Shown in pieces: positions 19,972-29,016 of a stretch of 64,000 nucleotides of DNA. Location: NCBI GenBank assembly GCA_012728895.1, contig JAAYEG010000065.1:7538-71537 (forward strand), given 5' to 3'. The stretch is from Methanospirillum sp. Its GTDB lineage: Archaea > Halobacteriota > Methanomicrobia > Methanomicrobiales > Methanospirillaceae. The notes beneath the pieces were generated by a model that ran no database searches, had not been told where the DNA came from, and saw only the letters and a program-made list of their open reading frames with translations. Numbering within the stretch: position 1 is the stretch's first letter; every line of letters starts with the position of its first letter. The position numbers were made by a program, and so were the translations under genes.

Positions 19972-20425
19972 CCACCCCCTGGTCGCGGGACGGACCCCGT
20001 TCCGGAGCGGACCGAGCCGTGCGGGCGCCTGGCGGTTCGACGACGGCGCACGGTCGCGGAAGATCCGGGTTTCACGCGGTCCTGCCAGGATCGGGACGCA
20101 CCTGCCGTGCCGGGTGAAGACCCTGGTCCGGACCGGCCCCCGGACCCGTCTCGATAACGGCCCGTCCCGGCGAGGGAGGACCGGGAGTGCCCCGCGACCG
20201 CCCCCGTTTTTTTGGCGCCGGCAACCGGGTCTGCTCTTCCGCCTCCACCCGTTCGCTGCGCCGGGCTCACGGTCCGGGAGCCCCGGGCGCGCCACCGCAT
20301 GGACCCGCCCCCCCTCTTCTTTCGGCATGGGACCCGCGCGGTTCACGGGACCGCCCCCCCGTCCGCCGTGCCCGGGCCCCGCCCGCCGGGCCGGCGACGG
20401 GTACTGCCGGTCATTATTGCCCGGC

Positions 20426-20456
20426 GACGTCGGCTGGCAAAAATCCATTATATTCC
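20426..20456 (+). promoter_or_regulatory. conserved promoter-like motif upstream of HEAT paralog B
   Basis: GACGTCGGCTGGCAAAAATCCATTATATTCC is near-identical to the minus strand of 4418..4446. Confidence 0.5.
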
Positions 20457-20514
20457 CCGCGAGAGGTGGGATCGCCGAGAGACTCGGTCAGGCAGGAACA
20501 GGAGGAGGAGAGAG

Positions 20515-20976
20515 ATGGAGAAGAAACAGGCAGTGAACGACCTCGTGACCAGGCTCGTGGAGGGGACCACCTACCAGATGCTCGAGGCCGCCCAGGCGGC
20601 CGGGGAACACGGCGGGGACGCGGTCGGTCCGATCGCGGCGCTGATCTCCTCGGCCGACCGGGAGACCCGGTGGCGGGCCGCCGTCGCCCTCGAGCGGATC
20701 GGCGCGCCGGCGGTCGAGGCGCTGGTCTCGGCCGCCGCGAGCGAGGACTACCTGGTCCGCGTGCCGGCGATCTGGGCGCTCGAGCATATCGGGGACCCGC
20801 GCGGCATGGACGTCCTCTACACGAACCTGGAGGGCGAGAACGAGACCTGCCGCTGGATGGCCGCCGCCGCCCTCAGCCGGATCGGCGGGGACCAGGGGAG
20901 GACGGCCGTCGACCGGGCGTTCGCAGACGACCCGACGGGCCGCGGCATCGTCGAGGAGCTGATCGAGGGGTCCTGA
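20515..20976 (+). CDS. HEAT-repeat (PBS-lyase HEAT-like) protein, paralog B
   Basis: MEKKQAVNDLVTRLVEGTTYQMLEAAQ...GRGIVEELIEGS. Same length (153 aa) as 3908..4369 and collinear with it. Confidence 0.85.
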   Translation: MEKKQAVNDLVTRLVEGTTYQMLEAAQAAGEHGGDAVGPIAALISSADRETRWRAAVALERIGAPAVEALVSAAASEDYLVRVPAIWALEHIGDPRGMDVLYTNLEGENETCRWMAAAALSRIGGDQGRTAVDRAFADDPTGRGIVEELIEGS

Positions 20977-21275
20977 GACAGGGGGGGGCAGCGTCCCCCG
21001 GCCCGTCCCGGGGATCCCCCGGGCGCGGCTCACCGCCGGGCCGGACGTCCCGCCCCGCACCTCTTTTTGAGAGCCGGCTTTTGGGGGATCGCACGCGGCG
21101 GCCCCCGTCCCCGGCCGGTACGTCGGGCCCGGGTGGAGGCGGTGGGCGGCGTGCCGCAGAGTGCGGTTCGCGTCCCGGGGAACGCGCCGGTCACCCCGCC
21201 GGGCGGTAGCCACGGGGGTACCCGGCGCGCCCGGTCCCCGGAAGGTATATCGAGGATGAGGTCGTCTCCCCGACC

Positions 21276-21692
21276 ATGACGGCGACACCGGCCGGCCCGG
21301 TCGCGGGGAGCGGGGAGGTGTCCCGGGGGTCTTCCACGGCGCTGTTGGGGCCGATCACCCCGGTCCAGCTCGCGGCCCTCTTCGTCTTCCTGCTCCTCTC
21401 GGTGGTCGACGTCGTCCTCTCGACCTACCTGATCTTCGGCGCGGGGGGCTACGTCGAGAGAAATCCCCTGCTCGCCTGGGCGAGCGGGAGTACCCTCTCC
21501 TTCATCCCGGCGGCGATGGGCGTCAAGGCGATCGGGGCCGGGTGGCTCGCCCTGCTGGTCTCTTTCGCGAACCGCTTCTCCACGCTCGCCGGCCACGCGG
21601 TGCTCGCCGCGGCGATCGGCACGACCGCCATCGTCCTGCTCGTCATCGCCGCGGGGGCAGTCACGACCCTGCTCGCCGCCGTCGGCATCTGA
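21276..21692 (+). CDS. small polytopic membrane protein (E-R-N-P motif; possibly DUF5658-type)
   Basis: About 4 hydrophobic helices with YVERNPLLAW between helices. A GTATAT box lies ~27 nt upstream of the ATG, which suggests a leaderless transcript. Confidence 0.65.
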   Translation: MTATPAGPVAGSGEVSRGSSTALLGPITPVQLAALFVFLLLSVVDVVLSTYLIFGAGGYVERNPLLAWASGSTLSFIPAAMGVKAIGAGWLALLVSFANRFSTLAGHAVLAAAIGTTAIVLLVIAAGAVTTLLAAVGI

Positions 21693-21739
21693 GGCTCCCG
21701 GTCGGGGCTTCCCCGGCCGGATCCCGGGGAAGGGGGGGG

Positions 21740-23046
21740 TCACAGGTTGTTGAAGAGCCAGGCCACGTCGGCGAAGTCGACCCGCCCGTTCCCGTTGCAG
21801 TCGAAGAGGACGACCGGCTCGTTCGCGGCGATCCATGCCATCTGGTTGAAGTAGAGCACGACGTCCGAGAAGTCGGCGCGGGTGTTGCCGTTCACGTCGT
21901 CGTAGAGCCCGTCGGCGTCCGTGTCCGTCGGCACGCCGATGCCGCCTGGGACCATCGTCACCGGATTCAGGTCGGCCCACGCGTACTTCAGGTCGTAATT
22001 CGAGAAATCGTAGTAACTGATCCGGGGGTTGCCAGCCCCGTCCAGCACCAGCGACGTGTACACTCCCTGTTCTCCGCCCCCGTCCACGGTCTCGGTGTGC
22101 CAGCCCGTGCCGTCGCGCCAGGCGTACTTCAGGAGCTTGTTGCCCACGACCGTATAGTCCTGGTAACTGATTCGCGGAGAGCCCGTCCCGTCCAGCGCCA
22201 GGGACGGGTGCCTTCCGACAGTTCCTTCCGAGTCCACCGTCTCGGTGTGCCAGACCGTGCCCTCGCGCCAGGCGTACTTGAGGTCCTGGTTCGTCTGGTC
22301 GAAGTAGGCGATCCGGGGGTTGCCGGCTGCGTCGAGCGCGAGTGACGAGTACGACCCGACCCATCCCTCCGAGTCCACCGTCTCGATATTCCAGGGACGA
22401 TAGGGAAAGCCTTCGTGCCAAGCGTACTTGAGATCGCCGCTCGTCCCGTCGTAATAGCTGATACCGGGAACCCCCGTGGAATCGAACCCGAGGGACGAAT
22501 CGTCCCACCCGTACCCTGCCGGGGCCACCGTCTCGATCACCCAGCTGGAGCCGATGCGGGACGCGTACTTCAGGCGGGTATTGGTCGAGTCGTAGTAGCT
22601 GATGCGGGGGAACCGGGACGCCAGCAGCGCCAGGGAGGTGTACATGCCGACCACTCCGTTCGAATCAACCGTCTCGCTGCACCAGCCGGCGCCATCGTGC
22701 CAGGCGTACTTCAACGTGGAGAACGTCCAGTTCATGTAGCTGATATGGGGGTTCCCGGCGCTGTCCAGCGCCAGGGAGGTGAACCCCCCGACCTCTCCAT
22801 CTGAATCGACCGTCCCGGTATGCCAGCCGTCAGCGTCGCGCCAGGCGTACTTCAGGTCGTAATTCGAGAGATCGAGGTAGCTGATCCACGGGGTGGCGTT
22901 CCCGTCGAGCGCCAGGGAAGAGTGGCGCCCGACATCCCCCCCGAGTCCACGGTCTCGATCTGCCATGCCAGGGCAGACGCGGTTCCGGGGACGGGCACCA
23001 GCAGCAGGGACGCGAGAACGAGCCGCCCCACGATCGCCCGGTTCAT
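21740..23046 (-). pseudogene. paralogous 7-repeat/dockerin-like secreted protein, reading frame broken at a C7 (G7 on coding strand) tract
   Basis: The signal peptide and first repeat start (MNRAIVGRLVLASLLLVPVPGTASALAWQIETVDSGG) are in one frame (track ORF 22852..23154). The rest (DVGRHSSLALDGNATPWISY...WLFNNL) is in the 21740..23416 frame. The junction is the homopolymer 22936..22942. The span is 3n+2 nt, so one extra G would restore a single ORF. Confidence 0.8.
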
Positions 23047-23675
23047 GAGCGCATGTCTGCCCATCATCCGTGAAAAAGGTGAGCATGCGAGAGCGTGGCA
23101 AGAGGCCCCCGTCACAGTGCCATGCCGACCGGGAGGCGACCACCACCCCGGCATGGATCGGCGCCGACGGGGACGGCAACCCCGGGATCGTGACCCTGTC
23201 GCTTCCGCGTGGACTCCGGAGGCAGCCCGTTTCCCCGATGGCGGGGCCGGAAAGAGGGGTCCCGCCTTCCTGATATCCCTGCATCGCGTTCTCGCCAGAC
23301 CCCCGCCTCTCTCGATCTGGGTTCCTTCGACGCGGACCTATCCGTCGTGGTTCGGGATACCGGCAACCGGCTGGTGTTTTCCGAGAAGTGCTGCGCAAAC
23401 CCCGTGACTGGTGCATCGACCCGGATCGTCGAAGGCAACGGCGTCGTCGTCTCCCCCGGCGATATCCCGGGGCGGCGACGGAGCACGGGATCGCCGGACG
23501 GTAGCTGGGGAGTTGCTCCGGCAGTCGAACAACCGGAAAGGGTTTTTAGTATCGGTACGAAAGGACGGTCCAGTCGATCCGCTGTACTATCAGCACCGCG
23601 AATCCCTGCGTGATCGCATTTTCCGTGCTCTCCCCCTGGCTGATCCGACAGAGACGAACCGAATGGTGATGACAG

Positions 23676-24908
23676 ATGTTCGTCAGGACCATTACCACCA
23701 TCTCCGAGCTCGACAACCTCGTGAGCCTGACACCTGGAGAACGCAGAGGGATGGAAGAGGTATGCGAGACCTTCCCGTTCCGTGTCAACGACTACTACCT
23801 GTCCCTCATCGACTGGACGGACGATCGGGACCCCCTGCGCAGGATCGTCATTCCCGACCCGAGGGAACTGGAAGGAGGGGGCTCGCTCGATCCCTCGTCC
23901 GAACGAAAGTTCACGAAAATACCCGGGCTCCAGCACAAGTACCGGCAGACCGGGCTCCTGCTCCTCTCCGACGTGTGCGGCGGGATCTGCCGGTTCTGCT
24001 TTCGTAAGCGACTGTTCGTCAACCGGGAACGGGAGACCGTGGTGGACGTCTCGGAAGGAATCGACTATATCCGCGCCCACCCCGAGATCACCAACGTTCT
24101 TTTGACAGGCGGAGACCCTTTCTCCCTGGATACCCGCAGGCTGGAGACGGTCCTGAAGGAACTTTTCGAGATCGAGCACGTCGGCATCGTCCGGATCGGG
24201 ACCAAGATGCTGGCCTACAACCCCTACCGGTTCCTCGACGACCCCTCGCTCCCGGAGGCCCTCTCGCGCTTCAGAACGCCCGGGAAGCGGATCTACGTCA
24301 TGGCCCACTACGACCACCCGGGAGAGATAACGGGGCCGTCGGTGCAGGCGGTGGACCTCCTGCAGCAGTCCGGGGCAGTGGTCGTCGACCAGACCCCGGT
24401 CCTCAATGAAGTGAACAGCGATCCCGGCGTCTTCACCGGGCTGTTCCGAACACTGTCGTTTGCCGGCATCGCCCCGTACTACGTGTTCCAGTGCCGTCCC
24501 TCGCTCGGCAACCGGTCCTTCCAGACCCCGGTCGAGCATTCGTTCAGGATCGTCCAACAGGCGTGGGCGAGGTGTTCCGGCCTGGCCAAACGCGCCCGGT
24601 TCGTCATGTCCCATGCCACCGGCAAGATCGAGGTGATCGGTAAGACGGCGACCCACGTCTTCATGCGCTACCACCAGGCGGCAGATCCTGCCGATGTCGG
24701 CAGGACGCTGGTCTACCGGTCAAGTCCCCTGGCGAGATGGTTCGATGAGTATCTGCACCAGCCGGATCATGCCGGGGACCTGTGCTCCCCGGGGGCCCGG
24801 AACATGCGGCAGCCCAATTCACCGGTTTTTTCGAGGTTTTGTCGAAAAGCCGGACCGTGCCGGCCGGATCTATCGGGTGGTCCGGGGCAGGCGACATGCC
24901 GGCGCTGA
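23676..24908 (+). CDS. KamA-family radical SAM protein (lysine 2,3-aminomutase-like)
   Basis: CGGICRFCFRKR (CxxxCxxC). N-terminal FRVNDYYLSLIDWTDDRDPLRRIVIP. NVLLTGGDPFSL. GGTGAT lies upstream of the ATG. Confidence 0.85.
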   Translation: MFVRTITTISELDNLVSLTPGERRGMEEVCETFPFRVNDYYLSLIDWTDDRDPLRRIVIPDPRELEGGGSLDPSSERKFTKIPGLQHKYRQTGLLLLSDVCGGICRFCFRKRLFVNRERETVVDVSEGIDYIRAHPEITNVLLTGGDPFSLDTRRLETVLKELFEIEHVGIVRIGTKMLAYNPYRFLDDPSLPEALSRFRTPGKRIYVMAHYDHPGEITGPSVQAVDLLQQSGAVVVDQTPVLNEVNSDPGVFTGLFRTLSFAGIAPYYVFQCRPSLGNRSFQTPVEHSFRIVQQAWARCSGLAKRARFVMSHATGKIEVIGKTATHVFMRYHQAADPADVGRTLVYRSSPLARWFDEYLHQPDHAGDLCSPGARNMRQPNSPVFSRFCRKAGPCRPDLSGGPGQATCRR

Positions 24909-26124
24909 CCCGGAGCGGGAGCGTGTCACGGGGGCTGCCCGGTCAAAACGGGTGGCCGTCAAGGCGGACCGGGGCGGGGACCCCGTGCTGGAACCCCGGG
25001 GGCCGGGAGCCGGGAATCGTCGCGAGATGGCATTCCTGCATCCGGGGGGTGCAGATCGCAGGATAACCACGGATACCGTGGACAACAGGGATTGGGCGTA
25101 TCTGGACCGTCCGGGAGGGGGGGGGCAGTCTCTGTGCTGACAGCACCGGCCCGTTGATCCATCCCGGGAGAGGATGTCCGGGGCTCGTTCGCCGGCGGGG
25201 TCGGGATCTCGTCCGGCCGGATGAACACCGGAATCCGTAACCGTCCAGGATACATTCTGAGCCGTTACCGGGAGCCGATCCCCCGGATCGAGCAGGATGC
25301 CGGAAAGATGATGGGGGCGGTTTCGTGAATCTTTCCGGTCCGGGACGAGAGAGGCGACCCCGGCGAGATCCCGGCGATCCCGAGCCCGGCGCGCTGTTAA
25401 GCCGTGACCCGACGGCTGGAGAACAGAGCGTCCTCTCCCTGGATGCGGCAGAATATGCACCCAGCGGCCTCGGGGTTCGGACCGCGCCCGCGAGAGCGGG
25501 GGGGTCGTCCACGTAACCCGGGACCGCCCGGTGGACCGGGTGAACGAGACGGACGAAGCCTTCTCGTTCGCGTCCTGCGAGCGGCCTGAACCCGGGAACA
25601 GGCCGTCCCCGAATGCGTGCGCCTCGCCGGACGCACACGTTCTCGCCCGGATCGGGGGCGTGGATCCGGGCATGCCGCGGATCGCGGTGGACGCGGCTTC
25701 TATCGGGTTCCTGACCGAGAGGGGGCCGACCATCGACGCTTCGATGTTCTCGTAGACGGAGCGTCCGGCGCGGGACCCCCGGGCGATCCCGGCAGGAGGC
25801 TTCACCCGGTACGCACGACGTCTTCCGTACGGTGCCCGGGGGCGGAACCGGGCCCGGAACCCGGAGGGTGCGATACGTGGAACCCGGAACGGGGATGAGA
25901 ACGCCAGCCGATCCAGAGAGGCGTGATACCGGGGGGGGCACGACCGCGGTTCGACTGACCGAACGATCGGTCCCGTCCCGGCGGGCACGGTCACGCCGCT
26001 CGTTGCCAGGATACCGCTTCGCGTTCCCCGGCAACGCGATCTCGTTCCTGTCCGGCCACGCCGACCGCCCGAGATCGCCAGCGGGGATAGGACCCAGAAT
26101 CCCGGGCATCGCACCCGGGGCGGA

Positions 26125-27717
26125 TCAGGAGGTGGCCCGGTCGACGGGAGAAGAATCGCGGAGGTACCAGCCGACCAGACGGTTGAAGGCGCCTTCCCCG
26201 AGCCTGGAGGCGAGGGCGGCTGCCCGGTACTTCGGGTTGCGGGGCTGGAGTTTCGCTCCCCGGCAGAGGTAGTCGCGGCCCTTCTCGAACTCGCCGGCCC
26301 GTACGTACTGGAGCCCGAGCCGGACGCAGTGCTCGGCAAGGACCTCCGGGTGGCCGGCAAAATCGTCGTGGTGGAGATCGAGGATCTGCTCCGTTGCCCG
26401 GAGAATGCAGTGGCTGTTGTCGGAGATCCCGCCCTCGGAGAACCGGCAGTCGAGCAGCGGCTCGGCGATGAACCGGAACTGGTAGTCTCTCGAGATCCGG
26501 AGAAAGAGCTCCCACTCCTGTTTTCCGGGGAGCCCCTCGAGCCAGGGGCCGGAGGTCTCGAAACAGTCTCGGCGGACGACCGCGGTCGGCGTGGCCACGA
26601 AGTTGTTGCGGAGCAGCTCCTCGTGGATCCAGCCGTCGTGGCGTCGCACCCAGGGCAGGGGGACGTAGACCCGTTTCCCCGGCGGGGCGAGGTCCTGCCA
26701 GTACCCCGAGTAGACGACGCCAACCTCCCTGCCGGCGGCGGCGAACGCTGCCATGCTCTTCTCGAGCTTCTCGGGGTACCAGTCGTCGTCCGAGTCCTGG
26801 AAGGCGATGTACCCGGCCCGGGCCTCGCGGATGCCGACGTTCCGGGCGTGGTTCGCGCCACGGTTCGGGGCGTACCGGACGTACCGGACCCTCGGGTCGG
26901 TGACCGAGGCCATCACGGACGGGGTCTCGTCGGTCGAGCCGTCGTCGACCACGATCAGCTCGAAGTCGGTCCAGGTCTGGAAGAGGACGCTCTCGATCGC
27001 CCGGGGCAGGATCGCGGCACGGTTGTAGGTCGGCAGCACGACGCTGACCGCCGGCGCTCCCGTCCCCGGCGGGGCCGGGCCGGGCGTCCCGGCACCGGGA
27101 GCCGGGAGAGCGGATCGTGCGCCGGAGGCCGGCAGGTCGTCAGGGCCCTCGCCCGGCGTGGTGGCCCCTGCCGGGCTCACCGGGCTCGCCGGGCGCGCTG
27201 GCGACCCCGCGATCTCGATCCTGGGCTCCAGAAACGAGCGGTTGACGACCGACTTCGGGTGGATCGTGATGTCATCGGCGATCGTGATCCGGCCATACAT
27301 GACCGTGCCCTGCCCGATCGAGACGTTCTCCCCGATGATCGGGGCCTCGGCGTCCTCCCCGGCCCGGGTCCCGATGTTGACGCAGGTGTCGAGCCGGCAG
27401 TTCGCGCCGACCCGGGCGGCGGAGTTCACCACGATCGTGCCGCGGTGCGGGAGCAAGAGGCCCGGTCCGAAGACGTTCGGCGGGATGGTGAACCCCAGCC
27501 GGAGAGAGGCCCGGTGAAGCCGGATGAAGAGCAGGCTCCGGGCCGGGCGGTGGTACCAGGCCCGTCTGCAGTTCTCGTGGTACTCGACGGCCCGGAGCAG
27601 CCTCAGGAACCGCCGGGCCCCTTCGCCACGCGGATCCGACCTCCCCGTCGACGCATCCAGGGCGGCCCGGTCGGCCTCGAGGTAGAGCAGGTAGTCGTCC
27701 CTGGAGCGGATCGTCAT
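26125..27717 (-). CDS. fusion protein: hexapeptide-repeat acetyltransferase domain + family-2 glycosyltransferase domain + helical tail
   Basis: MTIRSRDDYLLYLEADRAAL...GANCRLDTCVNIGTRAGE...IGENVSIGQGTVMYGRITIADD (LbH acetyltransferase). A Pro/Ala/Gly linker follows. Then VSVVLPTYNRAAILPRAIESVLFQTWTDFELIVVDDGSTDET...FQDSDD (GT2). Confidence 0.8.
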   Translation of the reverse strand: MTIRSRDDYLLYLEADRAALDASTGRSDPRGEGARRFLRLLRAVEYHENCRRAWYHRPARSLLFIRLHRASLRLGFTIPPNVFGPGLLLPHRGTIVVNSAARVGANCRLDTCVNIGTRAGEDAEAPIIGENVSIGQGTVMYGRITIADDITIHPKSVVNRSFLEPRIEIAGSPARPASPVSPAGATTPGEGPDDLPASGARSALPAPGAGTPGPAPPGTGAPAVSVVLPTYNRAAILPRAIESVLFQTWTDFELIVVDDGSTDETPSVMASVTDPRVRYVRYAPNRGANHARNVGIREARAGYIAFQDSDDDWYPEKLEKSMAAFAAAGREVGVVYSGYWQDLAPPGKRVYVPLPWVRRHDGWIHEELLRNNFVATPTAVVRRDCFETSGPWLEGLPGKQEWELFLRISRDYQFRFIAEPLLDCRFSEGGISDNSHCILRATEQILDLHHDDFAGHPEVLAEHCVRLGLQYVRAGEFEKGRDYLCRGAKLQPRNPKYRAAALASRLGEGAFNRLVGWYLRDSSPVDRATS

Positions 27718-29016
27718 GCCTTCCCCTCCCGGAGAATGGGGGCGGGGCATCCCCCCGCCCGGCGGCCGGCATGTCGACCGCAGGCCCCGCGCCGCAGCCC
27801 GCGCCCCTCCCCGGGAAGGCTGAGAACGAAGGACTGCCGCCCACGACATACCTGCTCTCTCGACACGCGCTGAAGGGTCATCCTGCTCCGTCTCAATGTC
27901 TTTGCCGGGTGCGGGATGTCGCTCCCCTCCGCTCCCCCCCCGGCGCCGGGGGAAGCCAGCTCGATTCCCGGGGTGCCGCGCGTTCCCTGGTGCAGCCGCG
28001 GCGCCGGGAACGTCCGTCCCGGGATGTCCGGCTGGACCGGAGCGGCTCCTGTCGCGCCTCTCGCGGACCGCGGCCGGTTCTCGGTGCAGGCGCACAGAGT
28101 TCCATCACCTCGAGCCGTGACAGCGAAACCGGGAGGAAGGGGGGCATCACCATCTTTCCAGGTGCGGACAGCGGGGGTCCGATAATCAGTACAGGGCCCG
28201 CAGAGCGGATATATACTCCTGACGGACACGCCCGGGACGCACCCCTGCCTTGGCCAAACGGGGTCCCGCCCGGCCCTGCGCCGGGTCCCGGGGGGTGCAG
28301 GACCTGCACGTGGCGGACAGGCGGACCCGGAGGACCACGACGGGTCCATGCACCTGCTGCAGCCACAGCAGACCGGGCCCGTTCCGCGGGGACCGGGCCA
28401 TGGATGCGGACCACGCCGGGTTCGCCGGCGACCTCCGGTACTCGCTCGACGACGGAGTCCGCCCCGTGACGTACGGGCGGCGGCCACGGGCGGAACGAGA
28501 CGTCGTGCCGGGCGTGCTTCAAGAGCGGGGACTATCCCCATTCCTGCGCCGCTGGCCGGAGCGCGGGGTTCCCGGCCAGCCGGCGGAGCGGGCCGCCGTC
28601 CCTCGCGGCGGCGACGGGAGGTCTCACGGTCCCCCTCCCGGGCGCAGCGCACCTCCCCCCGGTCCGCGGGGCCTCGTCTCAGGTCCCCGCTCCGGGCTGG
28701 GTGGTGCGCGTCCTCCCCGGCGGGCCGCGGGGGGTGGAGACGGGCAGGGAGCACGCGCCCGGGCGGAGGTGCCCCTCCACGCTCGTTCTCCCGGAGGAGG
28801 GGTTGGGCGTCGACCCGGACCAGGGGTACGGGCGACCGGGGACCGTTCCGCCCCCGGGTGTCAGCGCTCCCCCGGGTCGACGCCGGCAGCAGCGGGCGCC
28901 CGCGCACCCGCGAGATCGTGCTCGCGAGGCTGCCCGTGCCGCGGCGCGTGCAGGGCCTCTCGGACGACGGTCCCGCGCCCTGGCCCGTAAACCGGGCCGG
29001 CGAAAAAGAGGGGAGA

